From: Phaeosaccion multiseriatum | Lineage: Eukaryota; Protista; Ochrophyta, other classes | Assembly (NCBI GenBank): GCA_965112735.1 | Contig: OZ218955.1 | Coordinates: 2,728,001 to 2,792,000, forward strand | Reading direction: 5' to 3' | Length of the DNA stretch: 64,000 nucleotides | Shown: piece after piece, positions 35,044-48,200 of the stretch | How the letters are laid out: each line of letters starts with the position of its first letter | How positions within the stretch are numbered: position 1 is the first letter of the stretch | Program-made: the position numbers and the translations under genes | Notes under the pieces: model-generated | Database searches by the model: none | What the model saw: the letters and a program-made list of their open reading frames with translations, nothing else | Told to the model about the DNA's origin: nothing

Positions 35044-36913
35044 CTACCTAGGAATATGTAACCACGTGAGCCCTACCGGTAGCGACACAGCTGCGTCAGT
35101 GGTGCCTCCCCCGCTGGGCTTGCTGGCCACCTCCCCCTCCTGCCGCGGCTGCTGCTGTTGGGGCTGCTGCTGCATGTATGTCAAGGGCACGGGCTCCGAG
35201 GTGCCGCCTGAAGGAGGACCGCGGACGAGAGAGGCGAGCGAGAGAGGAGAGGGGGATGGCAGTGAGTGGAGTACAGAAGAAAAGAAACAAGATCTTCGTG
35301 CAGGACCGAGAGGCAGAGCGAGAATCAAAGCGATCGAGCGAGACATCGGCACGTGGAGCTTCGCACCGCCGCAGAAAGGCGAGCTGGCCCCTCGTACGCC
35401 CACAGCTACAAAGTATCACGACTCGGCTTGGTCGAGTACCTCGGCTCCGTGCACGGGTGCTGAGCCTGCTCACCGTGGAAAGGGGCCGCAGAGGCCGGGG
35501 GTGCTGCTTGGGTGTACGTGGGGAAAGGGGCGGGGGCGGTGGCCGGCGTCGTCCAGAAGGCCAAACGCAGCTCGTCTGGCTCGGCTCGAGCTGCCACCGC
35601 AGCCGTTGCCGAGCATAGGGCGGCGGAGACGGCGGCGAGAGCCTGCATGACGACGGCCCACGTGTAGTAGCTGTGGGGTGGAGAGGGGCATCGAGGAGAA
35701 GAATGGAGGGAAGGGCAGCGCATCCGGGGAGAGGGCAGCTGAGCTGTTGCAGCTTGCGGCGAATGGGAGAACTATTTGACCATTGTTGCGCGGTACACTC
35801 ACTCGCTCTTGATGTGGTAATCGCTTGCGCCGAAGGCGAGCATGAAGGAAAAGGCCAGGACGTTGAGGAAGGAGGCGCAGGAGCATGATGAGGCCATCGC
35901 TGCGAAGCTGGATGGCAGCGAACGGACGGTGGGCGATACGGGGGGCAGCAGTGCGGACCGAGCAAGATGCGCGCAGCCAGCACCAGCCGAGTCGAAGGCC
36001 GAGGCAGGCAGGCAAGCAGCGAGGGCAAGAAGAAAGACGAAAGGACGTGAGCTGAGTATCACCCCTCACGCGGGGCGGCCGACGGGAGAGGGAGAGAAGA
36101 GTGGCGGGGAGTTACGTACCTCGATCGCGTCCTGATGCCTCCGCACAAGACCGGGGAGATGCCCAAATTGGCCTGTGAGGGAAGGAGGGAAGGAGGGATG
36201 GGTGCTCGCACACTGATTTGTGGAGCCTACCCAAGAAAAAAGTCACAATGACTTACAATGAAGAAGGCGAAGCTGAGCGAGTCACCAACGCCAAAGAGGA
36301 TCCGCGCGAGGCCAGATGGAACAGGGACGAGAAAAACGGAAAGGATATCAGAGGTGAGATTCGCAGCGAGAGACCCTCAGCAAGTCGAAGGAACTGCTTC
36401 AAGTCACAAAATTCCCCTCCTTCCCTACTCCTGCTACTATCTGGTGCTCTGACACTCTTACACTCACATGGACGACCACACGAAGACCCCGAAGACCCAC
36501 ACCTATAGGATCACGTGGGGGAGGGGGGAGGTGTTATCTTAACATGACGCTCAAGTTGCACATTTCGCGCCTTAGAACACTTTTTCCTTCATGCTTCGCC
36601 TCTCCGCTCTCCTTACTTGGGCAAACTCAAAGAAAAGGCACGCAATAGCGGCCCAGTACCACGAGCTCGGGCCTTCCTTCGGCTTGGAGCAGCAGCTTGC
36701 CGTGCGCTCCGGGCGAAGTGGCGGTAGGGGGTCCACAATGTACATAGGCTGCTGCTGCTGCTGCTGAAGCACCTGTCCGGTCTGACCCACGAACTGCGGA
36801 GGCTGCTGGGCGTACTGCAGGGGCTGCTGGACCATTATGGGCTGAGTTGCAAACTGCGGTTGCTGTGCCTGCTGCTGCTGCGGCGGCGGCGGCGATTGCT
36901 GCTGCGTGGACAT
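35044..36913 (-). CDS. Small multi-pass membrane protein with Q/P-rich termini, unknown family
   Basis: Exons 36913-36617, 36172-36120, ~35907-35804, ~35670-35474 and 35207-35044 join with consistent phases. They give hydrophobic segments WYWAAIACLFFEFAQ, FLNVLAFSFMLAFG and WAVVMQALAAVSAALC. One or two further TM-like exons probably lie at 36257-36500. Confidence 0.6.
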
Positions 36914-37480
36914 GACGCCGACTTTTGTGGGCGTGAGGACGGCACAGGCGCGGCAGCAGCTGATCCCGGCGCTTGGATTACAGCGTAGCTTGCTGATCAA
37001 GATGAGACTGATACTGATACCTGGCAAGCAGGCGTGCTGCGGTGTGTTGGCGGTGAAGTATGGGTATAAAGGCCTCTGACTTTGGATGGGCCCCCGGGGG
37101 AAATTATTGAGGCCTCCGATTTCCGAGGCCTCCCTTGCTCGTCAATCACGTATATTTCACATTTCATTTGCTACCAAGTACTTCGAAGTATTTCAGTGAC
37201 CCATCCCGTCTTTCCTCTGCCTGATGCCCTCTGCCATGACTGCGTATATCATCCACCGGTACATCAAAATTTGCTTCAGTCCCCATAAGCCGGGCCCTTC
37301 CCTTCTCCTCACTCTCTCCTTATTATCCTGTAGCTCCACTGCTGATTGTATAGCACGAACAAGCCTTCCTCACAGTCAGTCAACGCCACGAACCACGCCC
37401 ATCCCAAGCCTGCTGCCCTCCCACCTCTCCCCTCATCTCTCCCCTTGCAATGTACTCTTACTTCTTACTTCCCTCTCGAA

Positions 37481-37996
37481 TTACCCCACCACCCCCTCGG
37501 CCACTCGCGCCTCCCCTGACCCTGCCCCCTCTGCTACCCTCTGCTGCTGGTGCTGGTGCCGCTGCTGCTGCTGCTGCTGCTGCCCGATTCCGATCGCCCT
37601 CGGTACGGCAGGGCCTTGCTGCGCTCCCGCCGCCGCCGCATTCAGCCAATCCCCCTCCCCCCCGGGGGGTCGCTGGAAGAGCTCTCCGGAGGCGGTTGCT
37701 CCACTCATGGATCCGCCCCCCCCATTGGCCTGTGAAGTCTGCCGTACGGCCCGCTCCAACATACGGAGGCCTTCATTGCTCGCTGCGCCTTCCCCCCCCT
37801 TGCCCTCCTCGCTGACGGAGGAAGCAGATCTTGCTGCTTGCTGTAGCCAATCAGCCTCATCCCCGGCCTCCCCTGATTCAACACCCAATCGCACTTCGGT
37901 TCTCCCAACGGAGCTGAGCGGCTCCACACCGCCCCAGCCTTGCGCAACAGCGACTCCGGGCGCCCCTTTAAAGCCCTCCCGACCCGCCGTCGGAGC

Positions 37997-38029
<33 letters not shown>

Positions 38030-41000
38030 GGCGGAGGCAGAGGAGGGGTGGGCAGAATGGGGCCTCTGTTTTGCAGCCGAACTCGACGAGGCCTCCCGCA
38101 AGGCCCTCTCGAAGATGGCGTTGCTCTCGCCGCCCGACCCTCCTCCTCCTGCTGCTGTTGTTGTCCCGGAGGGCGATGCTGAGTGAGGGCGTGCAGCGTT
38201 TGTTGCCGACGATGCTTGACGAAGGGCTTTCTCCAGTCCGTTTTCCTCCGCAATCACCGGCGGGACGACGGTGTGATAGCTGCCTCTGAGAGCTCTGGTA
38301 AGCATATCCATTCCTTCTTCTGCTGGTGCTACTCCGGGTGCTGCTGCCGCTGTTGGTGCTGGTGAGGCCGAGGGAGGGCGCGAGCTTACTGCTGTTGATG
38401 CTTGGCGAAGCGCCCTCTCGAGCGGGTCCTCTCCTCTCCCACCGCCTGCCGCTGCCCGTGCGGGAGCGTGGGAGGAAGCGGTAGACGCTTGTCGAAGTGC
38501 TCTCTCCAAGACATTCTCTCCTCCTGCCGCTGTCGGCTGTGGAGTACGGGAGGTAGCGGTAGTGGCCTCCCGAAGCGCTTTCTCCAGCTTGTTATCCTCC
38601 ACAACCACCGGCGGGACGACGGTGTGATAGCTGCCTCTGAGAGCTCTGGTTAGCATATCCATTCCTTCTTCTGCTGGTGCTGGTACTGATGCTGCCGCTA
38701 TTGGTGCTGGTGCTGGTACTGCTGCTGGTGCTGGTACTGTTGCTGGTGCTGGTACTGTTGCTGGTGCTGCTGCTGTTGCTGCTGCTGTTTCCTTCATCTG
38801 GAGCACCACCTCCCCCTCTGTCTGCGTGGAGGCGTCACACATCTCTGGGCCCTCCCTCCGCCCTCCTCCTTCTCCTGTTACCACTCCGCTTGCTCGACCC
38901 AAAGCCTTCCCAAGCCAGTCTACCTCCCCGCCTCCACCGCCTCCTCGACCTCCTGCTGTACCACCAACTGCTGCTGGTGCTCCAGCTGCTGAGATGTTCC
39001 CGCTTGGGCGGCCTAATGCCTTCCCAAGCCAATCCACCTCCCCTCCTCCTCCTCCTCCTCCTCCTCCTCCTCCTCCTCCTCCGCCGCCGCCGCCGCCGCC
39101 ACCTCCGTCTCCCTCCTCCAGGGTGCCGGTCGACGCCCCCCCTCCCAAGGCTTGCCCAAGCCAATCCACTTTACCACCTCCACTTCTCGGCTTGTTACTG
39201 GTCGGTGGTTTGGCTGGTGTTGCCGTGTGGAAGGAGTACGCTGATGAAGACGAAGATGAAGAAGTAGCAGCTGAGGGTTTCTGCGACACCGTGGACTTGA
39301 AGAAGGAGTACACGGGTGGTGCGGAGGCGGCCTCCTCCTCCTCCTCCTGAGGCGTCTTCCTCTTGGATGACGAGGTGGTTGCCGTCTCTGCCAACCACGC
39401 AGGTGGGTCGGGCTTGGCCGCGGAAGAAGAAGAAGATGATGATGATGATGATTTTGATGATGAAGGCATCGTTGCGGCCAGCCATGCCGGTGGGTCGGGC
39501 TTAGGCGTCGCTGGTTCGGCGGGTTTGGCTGGTGCAGGTGCTGGCTCTGGTGCTGGTGGTGCCGCAGCAGCAGGTGGTGCTTGCTCCTCCTCCTCCTCCT
39601 CCTCCTTCTCCTTCTCCTCTTCATCTGGAGGAGGGGCATGCTCGTTCATGCTGCTCAGACGCAGCGCTCTGTCGAGGATGCTCTCATCACTCGGGGCCGC
39701 TGGCGGCGATGCCTCCCCCGCTGCTTCTTCTGTCGGTCGGCCCAATGCCTTCCCAAGCCAGTCCACCTCCCCTCCTCCTCCGCTTCCGGCTGTATCACCA
39801 ACTGCTTCTGGTGCTCCTGCTGCGGAGGAGTCCCCGCTTTGTCGGCCCAATGCCTTCCCTAGCCAATCCACTTTCCCCCCTCCGCCTCCTCCCCCCCCCC
39901 CTGCTGGTGCTGCGGCGGCTACTTTTCCTGTGGAAATTTTCCCGCTTGAGCGGCCAAGAGCCTGGCCAATCCAATCCACTTCCCCGCCCCCGCCGTCTCC
40001 TCCTGCTGCTTCTGCTGCTCCAGATGGAGCGGAAGACGTCGCGCCTGTCCCGCCCAATGCCTTCCCAAGCCAGTCCACCTCCCTTCCTCCTGCTGCTGTA
40101 TCACCAACTGCCGTGGATGCTGTGCCGATCGCCCCCCCGCCCAAGGCTTGGCCGAGCCAATCCACATTGGACTTGTTCTTTCTGAGGTTGTTCCTTGGTA
40201 CCGCTCCGCTGCCGCTCTGCGGTGCCTTTGTCTTGAAGAAGGAATACGTGGGCGTTTCCGTTGGAGCGTCTAAGGAAGAGGCCCCTGCACCTGTTGTAGT
40301 CGTCGTCGTCGTCGCCTTTTGTGGGGCTGCTGACTTGAAGAAGGAGTACACTGGCGGCTCTGTGGGGGCGTCTAAGGCGTACTCTGCCCCACCTCCTCCT
40401 CCCGCCGGAGTCGAGGCCGAGGGTTTCTGAGGCACCGTGGACTTGAAGAACGAGTACGTGGGCGGTGCGGAGGCGGCCTCCTCCTCCTCCTCCTGAGGCG
40501 TCTTCCTCGTGGATGCGGCGGGAGCCGTCTCTGCCAGCCACGCAGGTGCGTCAGGCTTGGGCTCGGCGGCGGCGGCGGCTGCTGCTGCTTCTGCTGCTGC
40601 TGCTTCTGCTGCTGCTGCTGAGCTCCGTGGTGATTCAGGGGGCGTCTTTACTCCTGTCATCCAAGACGGTAGGCGCGGACCTTTGGTCGCTGCCACAGCC
40701 GGTGGTGTTTGCTCCTCCTCCTCCTCCTCCTCTTCCTCTGGAGGAGGGGCATGCTCGTTCATACTGGCCAGACGCAGCGCTCTGTCCAGGACACTCTCCC
40801 CATCCGGGGCCGCTGATGCCGCTGCTGACGACGACGCCTCCTCCGCCGCTTCATCTGTCGGTCGGCCCAATGCCTTCCCAAGCCAATCCACCCCCCCACT
40901 TCCACCTCCTCCCCCGCCTCCTCCTCCTCCTCCTCCTCCTCCTCCCGCCGGCGCCGCTGTCGAGGACGTCTTTGTGATCTTCCCACCAAGAGCACTCGCC

Positions 41001-44000
41001 AGCCAATCGACTCCACCACTCGCCGCTGCTGTATCACCAACTGCTGCTGTTTCTGCTGCTGTATCACCAACTTCCTCAGGCGCCGTGGCGCCTGTGCCTT
41101 TCCCCAGCGCCTTGCTCAGCCAATCGATTCCACCTGCACCTCCACTTTCCGAGGTCTTTCCACCGCCCCCCTGGGTGGCCGGCGCCGCAGAGGGACTTAC
41201 CACAGCGGCCGCTCCCCCTCCTCCCCCTCCCTCTTTTCCTCGCTTCATGGCCATTTGCAGCCAGTCGTCTCCACCACTCGCACCACTGCCACCATCATCA
41301 CTGGCAGCACCACTGGCAGCCGCTGCTGAGGCACCCGCCGAGCGCTTTCCCCCGCCCAATGCCTGTCCGAGCCAGTCCACCTCCTCTCCTCCGCCTCCTC
41401 CTCCTGCTGCTGCTGTATCACCAACTGCCGTGGATGCTGTGCCGATCGCCGCCCCGCCCAGGGCCTGCCCAAGCCAATCCACTTTGCGGGCTCCGCTGCT
41501 CGGCTTTTTTGCTACAGCCCCACTGCTGCTGCTCTGCGGTGCCTTTGTCTTGAAGAAGGAATACATGGGCGTTTCAGTTGGAGCGTCTAAGGAAGAGGCC
41601 CCTGCACCTGTTGTAGTCGTCGTCGTCGCCTTTTGTGGGGCTGCTGACTTGAAGAAGGAGTACACTGGCGGCTCTGTGGGGGCGTCTAAGGCGTACTCTG
41701 CCCCACCTCCTCCTCCCGCCGGAGTCGAGGCCGAGGGTTTCTGAGGCACCGTGGACTTGAAGAACGAGTACATGGGCGGTGCGGAGGCGGCCTCCTCCTC
41801 CTCCTCCTGAGGCGTCTTCCTCGTGGATGCGGCGGGAGCCGTCTCTGCCAGCCACGCAGGTGCGTCAGGCTTGGGCTCGGCGGCGGCGGCGGCTGCTGCT
41901 GCTTCTGCTGCTGCTGCTTCTGCTGCTGCTGCTGAGCTCCGTGGTGATTCAGGGGGCGTCTTTACTCCTGTCATCCAAGACGGTAGGCGCGGACCTTTGG
42001 TCGCTGCCACAGCCGGTGGTGCTTGCTCCTCCTTCTCCTCCTCCTCTTCCTCTGGAGGAGGGGCATGCTCGTTCCTACTGGCCAGACGCAGCGCTCTGTC
42101 GAGGACACTCTCCCCATCCGGGGCCGCTGATGCCGCTGCTGACGACGACGCCTCCTCCGCCGCTTCATCTGTCGGTCGGCCCAATGCCTTCGCAAGCCAA
42201 TCCACCCCCCCCCCTCCACCTCCTCCCCCGCCTCCTCCTCCTGTTGCTGCTGCGGGTGCGCCTGCTGAGGAGGCCTTCACACCTGTCCCGCCCAACGCCT
42301 TCCCAAGCCAGTCCACCTCCCCTCCTCCTCCTCCTCCTCCTCCTCCTCCTCCTCCTCCTCCTCCTCCTCCTCCTCCTCCTCCTCCTCCCGCCGGCGCCAC
42401 TGTCGAGGACGTCTTTGTGATCTTCCCACCAAGAGCACTCGCCAGCCAATCGACTCCACCACTCGCCGCTGCTGTATCACCAACTGCTGCTGCTTCTGCT
42501 GCTGTATCACCAACTTCCTCAGGCGTCGTGGTGCCTGTACCTTTCCCCAGCGCCTTGCTCAGCCAATCGATTCCACCTGCACCTCCACTTCCCGAGGTCT
42601 CTCCACCGCCCCCCTGGGTGGCCGGCGCCGGAGAGGGACTTACCACAGCGGCCGCTCCCCCTCCTCCCCCTCCCTCTTTTCCTCGCTTCATGGCCATTTG
42701 CAGCCAGTCGTCTCCACCACTCGCACCACTGCCACCATCATCACTGGCAGCACCACTGGCAGCCGCTGCTGAGGCACCCGCCGAGCGCTTTCCCCCGCCC
42801 AATGCCTGTCCGAGCCAGTCCACCTCCTCTCCTCCGCCTCCTCCTCCTGCTGCTGCTGCTGTATCACCAACTGCCGTGGATGCTGTGCCGATCGCCCCCC
42901 CGCCTAGGGCTTGCCCAAGCCAATCCACTTTGCGGGCTCCGCTGCTCGGCTTTTTTGCTACAGCCCCACTGCTGCTGCTCTGCGGAGGCTTGGCCTTGAA
43001 GAAGGAATACATGGGCGTTTCCGTTGGAGGGTCTAAGGAAGAGGCCCCTGCGACTGTTGTAGTCGCCGTCGTCGCCTCCTGTGGGGCTGCTGACTTGAAG
43101 AAGGAGTACACTGGCGGCTCTGTGGGGGCGTCTAAGGCGTACTTTGTCACCGTCTCCTCCTTCGGAGCCCCTCCTGCTGCCGTGTGAAAGGAGTACGCTG
43201 AAGAAGAAGGAGAAGAAGAAGATATCGAGGCTGAGGGTTTCTGAGGCGCCGTGGACTTGAAGAAGGAGTACATGGGTGGTGCGGAGGCGGCCTCCTCCTC
43301 CTCCTCCTGAGGCGTCTTCCTCTTGGATGACGAGGCGGGCGCCGTCTCTGCCAACCACGCAGGGGTATCGGGCTTGGCCGCGGAAGAAGAAGACGATGAT
43401 GATGATGTAGGCAGCGTTGCGGCCAGCCATGCCGGTGGGTCGGGCTTGGGCGTCGCTGGTTCGGCGGGTTTGGCTGGTACTGATGCTGGTGCTGAGGGCG
43501 TCTTGCCTCCCGTCATCCAAGACGGCAGGGGTTTGGCTCCTGGTGCTGCTGCTGCTGCTGCTGAGGACGTCGTTTTGCCTCCCGTCATCCAAGATGGCAG
43601 GGGTTTGGCGGAAGTAGCCCCTGCCGCCAATGATGATGAAGCTGCTGCTGCTGCATCCTGTCCGGGTTTCGACGCGTCCGTGGAGGCCGTCTTGCCTCCT
43701 GTCATCCATGCAGGTAGGGGCTTCGCGGCAGTGCTCGCTGCGGCCGCTGACGACGACGACGAAGCGGAGACCGAAGGTAGGAAGGACGGGGCTGACGTCG
43801 TTGAGGAGGAAGACGAGGAAGAGGGTGTTGTCTTCGCGAAGGGGTTCTCCATAGGCTTCTTGGGAGCTCTAGACCGCGGAATGGGCGTGAAATCCTCGGG
43901 TGCGAGGGAAGTCGAGGCCTGAGTAAGCCAGGACATCGGGGAAGCTGCCGCAGGAGCAGTCGCTGCCATACAGCCCCCAAATGCTCCTCCTTCTCCCCCC

Positions 44001-44512
44001 CCTGCGCCACTCTGCTCCTGCTGCTGCTGCTGCTGCTGGTAGGCGCCAGTGCGGAAGGTTCCTCCTCCGGGAGTTCCCGTAGAGGGAGGATTCGGCGTCG
44101 CAAGAGCCGGCTGGCGCACAGCCACGTTCGTCAGCCAGTCCAGTCCTCCCCCTTTCCCGCCAGCCTCCTCTGCAGAGCCCTCGCTGGCCGGAGTGACGTC
44201 GCTCGTGCCCTTGGTTTCTGCCACTACCGATTGGCGAGGAGGCTCTGGGTCCCTCTCCCTCTTCACCTGTTTCTCATGTCCCCTCGCCCTCTTGAAAAAG
44301 CCGGGCTTGGTGTTACTCTTGCGCGCTGTCTCTGCATCTGTGGCGCTGTCGTCGTCTGACTCGAAGGCGATTTCGAGGGTCGGGTACCGCCACCCTTGAA
44401 AGGGACTCTTCAGAGACGCACCCAACCTATCCTTCAGCTTCAGCGGGGGGGATACCGTCTCGTCCTCATCTTCGGACTCGTATGTAATCTGCAGAGACGC
44501 GCCCGCCCCCAT
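37481..44512 (-). CDS. 2343-aa intronless, intrinsically disordered motif-repeat protein with a predicted N-myristoylation site
   Basis: A 7-kb uninterrupted ORF starting MGAGAS. It has recurrent VDWLG[KQ]ALG, YSFFK, LP[AS]WMTG, PAWLA and L[DE][RK]ALR motifs separated by G/A/S/E runs. Internal DNA duplications of ~1.3-1.45 kb are present; for example, paired shadow ORFs at 40465 and 41779 are 1314 bp apart. Confidence 0.8.
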
Positions 44513-45162
44513 GTTTGTTGAAAAGGCCGGCTGCTGCGAAGCAGACGACCCTTCCAGCCGTTCCTTGCCTTTCCCTCCCCCTTAAACTTGAAGAGGGTAG
44601 TGTGTCTTCTGTCAAAGCCACCACTACTTGATTGCTTCCGCTGCGGCAGCAGCAGCAGCAGCAACCATGCCTTGCGGGCAATGCACCTCTCCTGAGCTCG
44701 TTCTGATAAGAATGATGTCCCCTGTCCTGTGGTTCCTTCTCTGCTCCTTCCACCTTCCAAAGGGCCCACTCCTGCACCTGTCCTCTTTGCCCCCGAGACC
44801 TTTGCTTGCTGCTGCTCTGGGAAGGAAACTAATGCAGGAAGAGCCAGAGCTGAAGAACGAAACTTCGTGGCTAAAAGTAAAAACGTAACCGTTGGAAAAT
44901 CTAGAGGAAACAGCAAGTCAAAAAAATGGAGAATGCGAGGAGCCACTCGCCGATCAGGAGCTGGCTAATCCTCACGATGATGAGGGATGGGAGGGCTGAC
45001 AATCACAAGAAGAGGGGAGGAGGAGCGAGGAAAAATAAGAATGCAGTCAAGGCTCCGAGATGGTGAGGGGGGGTGCTTGATTAAGAGAAGGAGCAGCAGC
45101 AGGCAGCCCAGGGGGGGGCGGTGGCATTGGAAGTAGTTGCGGTGTGCAGCAGCTCAAGGGGG

Positions 45163-45193
45163 ATGAAGGACAGCCATGGCGATGGTGAAGAGC

Positions 45194-45227
<34 letters not shown>

Positions 45228-48200
45228 CCCCCCTCCGCGCCCGAGACAAGTGCAGTCGGGTGGAGGCGGCTCCGCGGCCGACTTTCGTGGGGGACGAGGA
45301 GGAGAAGGAGGAAGTGGAGGGGGTGGAGGAGGAGATGGGGGAGAAGCAGGAGCAGGAGCAGGAGCAGAAGCAGGAGGAGGAGCAGCAGGAGCAGCAGCAG
45401 CAGGAGCAGGAGCAGGAGGAGGAGGAGGAGGAGGAGGAGGAGGAGGAGGAGGAGGAGGAGGAGAAGGAGGTGGAGGAGGAGGGAAACGCGAAGGGGGTGC
45501 TGAGGCAACAGGCGGGGCGGGAGTAGCCAGTGCGGCGAAGAAAGGAGGCAAGATAAAGAGGAGAAAGCACTCCTCCGGGAGCGTGGCCGGATCAGCAGCA
45601 GCAGCCGCAGCAGCAGCAGTAGCAGGGACCAATGGCAGCGGCAGTGGTGGCGGGAGCAGCAAGTTGTCTGGGGCGGGGGGGGGGGCGTCAAGCGCCAGCA
45701 CCCCCTTGCTCTCCTCGTCTTCTCCATCCTCGTCCTTCCACGAGCACGCCGGACAGAGTAGCATCATGGTGGCAGTGCGGCTCAGGCCTCTCCTCAACCA
45801 CGATCGCACACACACGGAGGTCGCCAAAGGTGGGTCAGGAGAGGGAGGAGAGGGAGGAGAGGGGGTGGAGGGAGAGGGAGTAGAGGGGATGGAGATAGAC
45901 GGAGGAGAGGGGGTGGAGGGAGGAGAGGAGGAAAGGGAGGAGAGGGAGGAGAGAGATAGAGGGAGGAGAGGGAGGAGGGAGGAGGAAGGGAGGAGAGACG
46001 TAGGGAAAGGAGAGAGAGGCTTACGAAAGCGAGAAACAGGCATACGACCAGAGGGCGAACGGACTTTCGTGGCTGGGGTACATGAACTGGGCTGTCTCTC
46101 GCTGTGTAGGGCTCTGCAAAGTCCACAATCCTGCCTGCCGGCCTATCTGCCTGCCTGCCTACCTACCTGTCTGCCTGCCTATCTGGCTTAGGGTTAGGGT
46201 AAGGCTCCTCTTCCCTTCCCTTCCCTTGCCGTGCCTTGCCTTGCCTTGCCTTGCCTGGCCTGTGTCTTGCACCCCATGCCCCACCACATCCCCTTCCTGC
46301 CCCTTCTCTAACTCCTCCCTTCCCTTCCGTGTACCATGCCGCATGCCCATATGCTTGTTCCCCCCAATCAGTCCTGGACAAGCGTGTGGTGGTTGTGATG
46401 GACCCGTCGAAGCTCGGGGATGAGACAGACCCTCTCCGGCAAGGGCGCAGCAGGGAGAAGCGTTATGCCTTCGACCACGTGTTCGACCAAACTGAGGTAC
46501 TTACCGTCTTCAAAGAAGGGATGCATGGTGTTGTTTTAGTGACTTGTGTGTGTAAGTAGTTAATTGATGGAGAACGAGAGCAGTACGGTACCATCCTTGT
46601 TTTGCTAAAAAAAAAATGCCGCTGGCCGTTTCTTGACCCGCCCCCCCCACATCCGAATGTCCGAACAACAATCCAATCCCCACATCCACCCACCCGCTGT
46701 CCTAACACCCACCCACCCACCCGCTGTCCTGACACCCCACAACAGGGGCAGAAACGTGTGTACCAGAGCACCACCAAGTTTCTCATCCAAGGGGTGCTAG
46801 ACGGTTTCAACGCCACGGTGTTTGCCTACGGATGCACCGGGGCAGGCAAGACACACACCATGATTGGCACTCCGCAGGACCCCGGCATTATGGTGCAGAC
46901 GTTGTCGGATCTCTTCCGCCTCTCCAAGCAGGCTGGGGAGGATAACGGTGTGCTCTACAACGTCAAGGTGGGTGCGCATGCATGTTAAGGACAGAGAGTG
47001 GGTGGGTGGGTAGGCTGTAAGTCACTGGGTGGGTGGCTAGTAAGTCATTGGGTGGGTAGGCGGGGGTTGGTAGGTGGGTGGGTGGGTGGGTGGGTGGATG
47101 GGTGGGTGGGTACACCGTGGGTGGGGGGTACGTGGCTGTGTGGGTGGATGTGGGATATACTCTTTCTTATCAAGTGCCATCATCTGTTGCTGCTACCTAA
47201 AAGCATCAAAACTGACGGGTCTTTTGAAACTGTCTTGTTTCCTCATAGTTGGGTATTTCCTTTCATTGACTTACTTTCACTGACATGCCCCTAACAGGTG
47301 TCCTTCCTGGAGGTGTACAATGAAAACATTAGCGATCTCTTGTCCGACGTGCCGGAGTACCTCGACCTTCGAGAGGACCCTATCAAGGGCCCTGTGGTGG
47401 CGGGCATCAGGGAGGTTGAGGCAAGTAGTCCCGCCGAGATCATGGACCTGCTGCACAAGGGCAACCTTAATCGCACGCAGCAGGCCACCAAGGTAAGGAG
47501 GGGAGGGAGGGAGGGAGGGAGGGAGGGAGGGAGGGGGGGAGGGCCATTTGTGCCAACCATCATCACCATCACCACCACCACCACTCCTCTCTCGCCGACA
47601 TTTAGCTCTGTGCTCTGTGCTCTGTGCTGCTTGCCCACACACACACACACTCGGACTACATAACACCCTTTTCTCTTACTCCTCCCTCTCTCTTTCTCTC
47701 CGGTTCTTCCGTTCTCCCTCTCCCTCTCTCTCTCTCTCTCTCCCTTCCCCGTCTTCCCCTCCCTCTCTCCCTCCCCCCCTGTATCGCCAACAGGCCAACG
47801 CTGTGAGCTCTCGCAGCCACGCCGTGCTCCAAGTCATTGTCGAGAACCGCGAGAAGGCCCCGGGCACAGTGGCCAAGGTCAAGATGGGCAAGCTCTCTCT
47901 TGTTGACTTGGCGGGTAGCGAAAGAGCCTCCATTACACACAACCGAGGCATGCGGCTGGTGGAAGGCGCGAATATCAACCGCTCGCTGCTGGCACTGGGC
48001 AATTGTATTAATGCGCTGGGGGAGAAGGGGAACAAAACGGGCCAGTTTGTGCCGTATCGGGATTCGAAGCTCACCCGTCTACTTAAGGACTCGTTGGGCG
48101 GCAATTGTCGCACGGTGCGTTATGCAGGCAGGGAGGGAGGGAGGGAGGGAGGGAGGGAGGCTGGCTCACTCGCTCATCCATTCACATGTTGGTAGTTCAC

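Larger units (their letters stand above)
29967..35525. repeat. Tandem segmental duplication
   Basis: Four homologous blocks are visible by eye: ~29967-30355 with ~33985-34365 (near-identical), ~30545-30710 with ~34510-35050, ~30740-30920 with ~35085-35275, and ~33560-33785 with ~35300-35525. Confidence 0.88.

Noticed and set aside
34422-35650. (SES)n and (VSR)n ORFs
   Set aside because: These are read-throughs of the 9-bp minisatellite.
39363-43922. Long + strand ORFs opposite the 2343-aa gene
   Set aside because: These are antisense shadows of a GC-rich repetitive CDS, broken at equivalent positions in each internal repeat.
46188-46205. TTAGGGTTAGGG telomeric seed
   Set aside because: Only two units, which is unremarkable in such SSR-rich DNA.
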